In this document: in pieces, positions 59,601-64,000 of the stretch | Position numbering within the stretch: the first letter of the stretch is position 1 | How the letters are laid out: every line of letters starts with the position of its first letter | Origin: a virus | Lineage: Duplodnaviria > Caudoviricetes | Virus record (IMG/VR): IMGVR_UViG_2706796498_000001 | Coordinates: 1 to 64,000 of that record | Length of the DNA: 64,000 bases | Direction: 5' to 3' (one strand) | The notes under the pieces: generated by a model | The model's input: only the letters and a program-made list of their open reading frames with translations | What the model was told of the DNA's origin: nothing | The model's database searches: none | Made by a program: the position numbers and the translations under genes

Positions 59601-61163
59601 TATATTGCCCAAGGTACTTTAAAGACAACTGAAAATATCATTGAAAAGCGGGTATATTCAGTTGATATTGTTGACCCGTTGGCCCAATCATTTACCATTG
59701 GTGAAACTCGTCAATTATCCTCTATTGACCTCTACTTCTATAAGAAGGCCGATAAGAGTGACACTGCTCACACTTCTGATCTAATTGTCCAAATTCGGGA
59801 ACTTTCAGATGATGGTTATCCTAACAACGTGGTTCGGACTAGTGTTACATTAACACCAGATCAGATTCAAGTTTCCGATGATGGGAGTTTAGGTACTCGA
59901 GTAACTTTCACCGATTCAGTTACTTTGACTGGTAATCGGGGTTATGCAATCGTCTTGATTTCTGATAGTAATGCTTATGAAGTGTTCTCGGCAACTAAGG
60001 GTCAAAAGGTTGTTAGCGCCGGAACCAGTGCTACGGTTTACAACACTAACCCGAATGCAATCAGTAACAAAGACCCGAATGCTACCGGTAAGAATGTCCA
60101 GATCTCCAATACAGTTACCGTATCTGTTGGTGACACTTTAACCTCGGCACCAAACTCAAATGGGGTAATGTTTATTTCTAACAACGCCCAAACTTGGACT
60201 GCTGATGGAACAAGCTCAATTAAGTTTGCGGTTAATGTATGTAAGTACCAACAGAATGGTGAGATTATCTTTGACCCGATTGTAATTGACGACTGGATCA
60301 AGTCTAGTGATACATGGGTAAAGGACTTAGGGGATAATCTTGATGGTAAGAGTTCTACTAGTAAGCACCAACTAACTGCCTTAGACCGGTTGGCCGCTTT
60401 AACCTCTTACTTAACCTACCAAAACACGTCCATGAATTGGTATATTAGGGTATTGCAAGGCAATGCTCCAACTTATTCAGGGGCCAGTGTAGCGACTGCT
60501 TTAGCTAACTGTCCTTGGTTAGCCTTGCCTGTAAATAACAATAATCAGGCGAAACCTTCGGCTACCAGTTCAAATGGGGTTCCAGCGGTTACTAGTGATG
60601 ATAGCATTCAAACGGTAGACGGCGAGGTAATCTCCTTTAAGAATACCTATGCAATGCAATTGAAGGCCGACTTTAACTCTGACGACTATATCGCACCTGT
60701 TTTAACAACAGAAGATCTATCATTAGTAGCGGTATTAACTGGGAAGGCCGCTAGTTATGAAAGTATCAATGTTGATGAAAGCGGGGACGCCGCCTTCAAC
60801 TATGTAAAGCTCCAGTATGACGCCTACATTCCGGAAGTTGGTACTGCCTTACCACAAGTCAACCCGATGTATTCAGTTGATGGTGGGGCAACTTGGTATA
60901 ACTTCCCTAGTGGGGGTGGAACTTCAAGCACTACGACCAAGACTAGCGCTACCAGTTCTACACCAACCAGTACCAAGGCACAGACAAACTACTTTACCCG
61001 TTATGTATATGAGGCGGTAGTACCGACTGCAACTGACCAAAACCATTTAGCAACACAGTTTAAGGTAAGGTTATACTTGCAAAGCCCTAACAATTTCCGT
61101 ACCCCTAGAGTGCGTAAATTAAGTTGTTACTTGCAATATGACCCAAGCAAGAAAGTATCATAA
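56661..61163 (+). CDS. large baseplate / adsorption-associated tail protein (DUF4815-like)
   Basis: PY.N.F...K.FS.VLFRPGRP...EL.E.QS, GADRL, LAKRTYDQSGSF, DPLAQSF. Confidence 0.85.
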   Translation: MATIDTSVLPYNNKFNRAKRFSEVLFRPGRPALSQELLEEQSIKNDQLNMLGSTVFAEGAVVSGMQVVPVATTASSTSNSQNLFSVATLSATNATLSTTDYVAKGNINFTSAANVSTDQSAMGFSVNVTKGLGLTIAFNVTKTTGILDKLNLDFDGSQLTLKKWTLDGVTMLNSSLTDMASANYNIDSNNNQVNINTTTAHKVVVVFDTLISGNTDLALYINAGYDNSNSIVGVVINNPMAVEGTTEKPYVISSKDTTTASSTEKVKNYKVTAGRVWLGGLVREFDEQTFSITGTGKETIGLSLNETIVTSADDKDLLDDTPGTVTNGLAGADRLKYQVVLTYNDNSAVDFVVFQDNVINQSEVRPDYTNITKILAKRTYDQSGSFRTEGFEVHPHLNSDSSKGAQDPMDANKILLDVDKGQAYVQGYSIATDSTTNLRVRIANDTGTTTNEGHYYKGDGSKYELINQPVKAVNGVSFTSRKTVTYTRPVGGGNLDTFTPDNVTYIRQVYDNTHQYTAGVDFTYVNNVIHWGQDLSGKSLAGANVPNQGQSYTVVYDYSTNAVQGTDYTVVTEGGTTYIDIDDSKGAKPVAGSTITVSYVYFEARIDMIRITMDNSNPFKIIEGQPAPLASVTPPVVNDPYSLELGYVLIYPNSHNAVFTMQTVTRQTFETLQQWGRRLTNTEYNLAIANMNQTVARSEDPSLMKDVLSDSFNTINNRDDANSTVAYDFENGEILLPSQAMADLTPTIDYDNSQVAIKGSSVAPKGSLVTPPYHEEVAINQPISTGTTNVNEFNIFSANGTLTINPASDNWIDTDSTTVTRETDAGKVSLNKWWYHTNGDVAVGRTGKTQSYADAISQQYQYSNLQGINWINEGLQTGYMLTDGGSTTTESAIEYMRQRTISFVAQNLPAFSDGYKITIDGVAALDPTPASDDYKGTNGAFKTNANGEIRGTFTIPGGVIRCGTRTVKIIDNANDQASTNYIAQGTLKTTENIIEKRVYSVDIVDPLAQSFTIGETRQLSSIDLYFYKKADKSDTAHTSDLIVQIRELSDDGYPNNVVRTSVTLTPDQIQVSDDGSLGTRVTFTDSVTLTGNRGYAIVLISDSNAYEVFSATKGQKVVSAGTSATVYNTNPNAISNKDPNATGKNVQISNTVTVSVGDTLTSAPNSNGVMFISNNAQTWTADGTSSIKFAVNVCKYQQNGEIIFDPIVIDDWIKSSDTWVKDLGDNLDGKSSTSKHQLTALDRLAALTSYLTYQNTSMNWYIRVLQGNAPTYSGASVATALANCPWLALPVNNNNQAKPSATSSNGVPAVTSDDSIQTVDGEVISFKNTYAMQLKADFNSDDYIAPVLTTEDLSLVAVLTGKAASYESINVDESGDAAFNYVKLQYDAYIPEVGTALPQVNPMYSVDGGATWYNFPSGGGTSSTTTKTSATSSTPTSTKAQTNYFTRYVYEAVVPTATDQNHLATQFKVRLYLQSPNNFRTPRVRKLSCYLQYDPSKKVS

Positions 61164-61232
61164 CTAATAAAAGGGAGCCTTGATAGGTTCCCTTTTTCGT
61201 ATATTAAATTTGAATAAGGGGGGATAAAATAA

Positions 61233-61823
61233 ATGGCAATTGCAGATGGCTACCACCGGTTAAGTCGGGTAGCGTTTAAACAAGTTGATGTAAATGGGAA
61301 TGTAATTGATACCTTTAATTTTGCTATCAATCCCCAAAATATCCAAGAACAGGTAGCAACCCGAACAAGTTATATCAATACTGCTCAATGGGGTAGTGTT
61401 CAGGAACTAGGGACTGGGGAACGTACAATTACCATTTCTGGGACAACTGGTTGGCGTCAAGGTTTAGGGTTTGAGGACTATAAAAAGTTACGGCTTTTCC
61501 TTACCGCATATACAGATTCTCGTATGGCACCTCCCGCAACGTCTAGTTTACGCTATCTTGAATTTTGGAACTATACTGATGAGTATTGGTACGATGTGGC
61601 AATTAGTCCAAATGGTTATTCTTTTACACAAGACGTTTCAGAACCAATTTTAGTACGTTATTCTATTACCATGATTGTACGAGGAAGATTAGATACTGCC
61701 AGTACAGATGATAAGTCGCAGACGTTAATTACTGATCCATATGCAAACAATAGTGGTCAATCTAATTTGTATTATTCTAATATTGGGTATACGGTTCGAC
61801 AAATGTTAAATGATGGGAAGTAG
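61233..61823 (+). CDS. baseplate/tail-initiator-region protein
   Basis: MAIADG..RL.R, FAINPQ, ITISGTTG; TATATTAA upstream. Confidence 0.7.
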   Translation: MAIADGYHRLSRVAFKQVDVNGNVIDTFNFAINPQNIQEQVATRTSYINTAQWGSVQELGTGERTITISGTTGWRQGLGFEDYKKLRLFLTAYTDSRMAPPATSSLRYLEFWNYTDEYWYDVAISPNGYSFTQDVSEPILVRYSITMIVRGRLDTASTDDKSQTLITDPYANNSGQSNLYYSNIGYTVRQMLNDGK

Positions 61824-61831
61824 GTGAGTAG

Positions 61832-62401
61832 ATGGCGGTTAGTACAGCAAGTGTATTTCCAAGTATTACTTATAATCAATATTTATTATATAAGCTATTA
61901 AATGTAACTAATGATGATAAGGTTGTAATACCCGACCGTTACTTATCTGATTTTAACGGGTATGGGCAACCGGATTTATCAACGTCTCGATTACTATATC
62001 TGTTTACCAAAGTTACCAGTAGTTATCTACCAGTTAAGTTTACTAATACTTCATCTACCACTGGTCAGTTTGAAGAATACATTGAACAAACTCACTTATT
62101 TCATTCCCACCCGGGGGTTTATATGGTGTTAGTAGCTCAATATTTGGAAATTGTAGCTTTCAACTGGGCTGTGGTGAACCAAGTTGAATTAGTAAATGAA
62201 ATTTCTAAGGTAGATATTCAACGGATTCGTAAGAATTTAAATTTGTTATGTGATTGGTTTGGCGATCATCAAGATATAATGAACCGTGAAACTGATTATT
62301 ACGTGGATATTATTAATAAATTACGTAAGTTTGAAATTGATTTAGGTTATCTTGAAAATCGATTAGCTTATGTATTGTCCACTTATGGGTATACAAAATA
62401 G
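61832..62401 (+). CDS. baseplate-region protein
   Basis: DIQRIRKNLN.L.DWFG; conserved position. Confidence 0.6.
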   Translation: MAVSTASVFPSITYNQYLLYKLLNVTNDDKVVIPDRYLSDFNGYGQPDLSTSRLLYLFTKVTSSYLPVKFTNTSSTTGQFEEYIEQTHLFHSHPGVYMVLVAQYLEIVAFNWAVVNQVELVNEISKVDIQRIRKNLNLLCDWFGDHQDIMNRETDYYVDIINKLRKFEIDLGYLENRLAYVLSTYGYTK

Positions 62402-62410
62402 GGGGGTGGC

Positions 62411-63124
62411 GTGTTGTCAGTATACAAGCATTATGTAATCAAGGCTGGTGAGGACTTACGGGTGATTGCCCAAAAGTTGTATAATGATATAGATAAGTGG
62501 CAAACATTAGCCCAGCTAAATCACTTAAAGTACCCGTATATTGTATCTAGTCCAGAGGAACAACTTAAAGACCCAGACCATCTTTTAACTTGGGGCCAGA
62601 CTTTACTATTACCTAATAGTAATGATATAGACACTGCCAATTCAAACCTGATTGAAGAAAGTAACACCGCTCACTATAAGAATTATTATTATGATACTTC
62701 ATTGGGTATGGACTTAAAACTAAATATCTCAACTGATTCGTTATTAACAGAACAGTTAGGGGTATTACAGAGTGATGATAACGGGTATACCTTCGAGCGA
62801 GTATCTGGGTTAGCTAATTTACAGCAGTCTCTGATTTTAAGAATCCTAACTAGACGAGGAACCTTACTTATGCACCCTAACTATGGTTCTCGTTTGGTCG
62901 ATATGTTAGGCCAACCAATGAATGATAAACTGTTGAGTGAGGCGGCTGTGGAGCTAAGGCGAACCATTACAACTGATTCAAGGGTTGCAGATTGTAAGAT
63001 TACTAAAAGTCAACTCACTTATGATGAAATATTTATAAATGCTACTATCACCCCGATTAACTATGATCAGGCTTTTGACTTATATTTGTATCGTTCTAAG
63101 ACTGGGAATATCTCACTAAGATAG
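62411..63124 (+). CDS. baseplate wedge protein (LysM-like plus gp25-like)
   Basis: IAQK..D..KW..LA.LN.LKYPYI; G..NL.QSL..R.LT.RG.L..HP.YGS. Confidence 0.82.
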   Translation: MLSVYKHYVIKAGEDLRVIAQKLYNDIDKWQTLAQLNHLKYPYIVSSPEEQLKDPDHLLTWGQTLLLPNSNDIDTANSNLIEESNTAHYKNYYYDTSLGMDLKLNISTDSLLTEQLGVLQSDDNGYTFERVSGLANLQQSLILRILTRRGTLLMHPNYGSRLVDMLGQPMNDKLLSEAAVELRRTITTDSRVADCKITKSQLTYDEIFINATITPINYDQAFDLYLYRSKTGNISLR

Positions 63125-63135
63125 GAGGGAACTAA

Positions 63136-64000
63136 ATGGCCGTATCTGTCGATACCAATTCTGATACCGTAACGATTAGTACCAATGGTTTTGCTTTTAA
63201 GAAAGCAACTGATATGGTAACTGATCAGATTAATTATATTACTACGCACACAGATTATTTAAATGACTTCACCGAGGGTTCAATTACTAGGACTTTAATT
63301 GAAGCAGAATCAATTGAGATTGAGAAGCTCTATTACTATACCCTTGAGAACTTACAGGAAGCGATTGTAGACGGTTTGACAAGTGCCTTTGGGTTTGCTA
63401 AGCAAAACGCTACAACGGCTTATGGGGACGTTACAATCACACTGAACGCCCCTTTGGCTAATGCTTCAATTATTAACCGGGGCACTAAGTTCTATTCTAG
63501 TAATAGTGCCTATGAACAGGTTTATGTAACTAAAAGTGATTACACAATTCCAAAGGGAACCCAAACCTTTACCGTACCTGTTTACTGTACTGTTCAAGGG
63601 GCTTATGGAAATATCCCAGCCAATGTAATTGATTCTAGTACGGACGTAGGAAGCTATGCTAGTGTCACTAATAATCAAGCCTTTACAACAGGTAACGATG
63701 AAGAAACCACTGAACAAGAACAAGTACGTTTCCGTAAGATGATTCAGGCCATTGCTAAGGGTACTAATCAATCATTAGTTTATGCGGCAGAGAGTGTAGC
63801 TAATGTAGCCGGAGTGTATGAGTATGAAGAAACATATGGTTCAGTTATCTTATTCTGTCATGACGCTAACGGTAATTTAAGTGATGAGTTAGCCCAACAA
63901 ATTGCAGAGGCGGTGGAACCATATCGGCCGGCAGGGATTCGAGTAACCATTATGCCAACGCATAAAACTAATTTAGCTTTATCGATTGGGGTTCAAGTTA
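63136..64000 (+). CDS. baseplate J-like protein (truncated by the window end; not in the track)
   Basis: AGGAGG RBS, ATG at 63136; NDFTEGSITRTLIEA, G.YGNIPAN.I, G.DEET, YRPAGI; open to the end. Confidence 0.85.
   Translation, partial: MAVSVDTNSDTVTISTNGFAFKKATDMVTDQINYITTHTDYLNDFTEGSITRTLIEAESIEIEKLYYYTLENLQEAIVDGLTSAFGFAKQNATTAYGDVTITLNAPLANASIINRGTKFYSSNSAYEQVYVTKSDYTIPKGTQTFTVPVYCTVQGAYGNIPANVIDSSTDVGSYASVTNNQAFTTGNDEETTEQEQVRFRKMIQAIAKGTNQSLVYAAESVANVAGVYEYEETYGSVILFCHDANGNLSDELAQQIAEAVEPYRPAGIRVTIMPTHKTNLALSIGVQV

Noticed and set aside
6152-63771. Many 60-107-aa ORFs nested in or antisense to large genes
   Set aside because: Shadow frames without RBS or recognisable motifs.

Overview
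64 kb of a lytic, SPO1/Twort-like myovirus (Herelleviridae architecture). A lactobacillus host is inferred from a GH25-LysM lysin and an Apf-like LysM protein. The window holds the large terminase, portal, major capsid, prohead protease, scaffold, neck genes, tail sheath and tube, a probably frameshifted tail chaperone, two paralogous tape-measure/lysin genes, baseplate genes, a family A DNA polymerase, an SF2 helicase, an SbcD-like nuclease, a lysis cassette, two tRNAs and host-like transporters (PnuC, CorA). The virion genes are scattered over both strands, and most blocks sit behind their own TATATTA late-promoter-like motif. The most striking content is non-coding. (1) A promoter- and terminator-bounded ~530-nt ornate RNA at 24.75-25.29 kb, ROOL-like in size and context. 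(2) A second ~750-nt ornate RNA at 31.9-32.65 kb with a 13-bp loop-loop kiss, next to an iteron-like putative origin. (3) A multiply pseudoknotted ~100-nt leader of the tRNA operon. (4) Four promoter-sRNA-terminator units carrying anti-Shine-Dalgarno seeds, one complementary to the phage's own early-gene leader. All family assignments come from motif recognition by eye; no searches were run.
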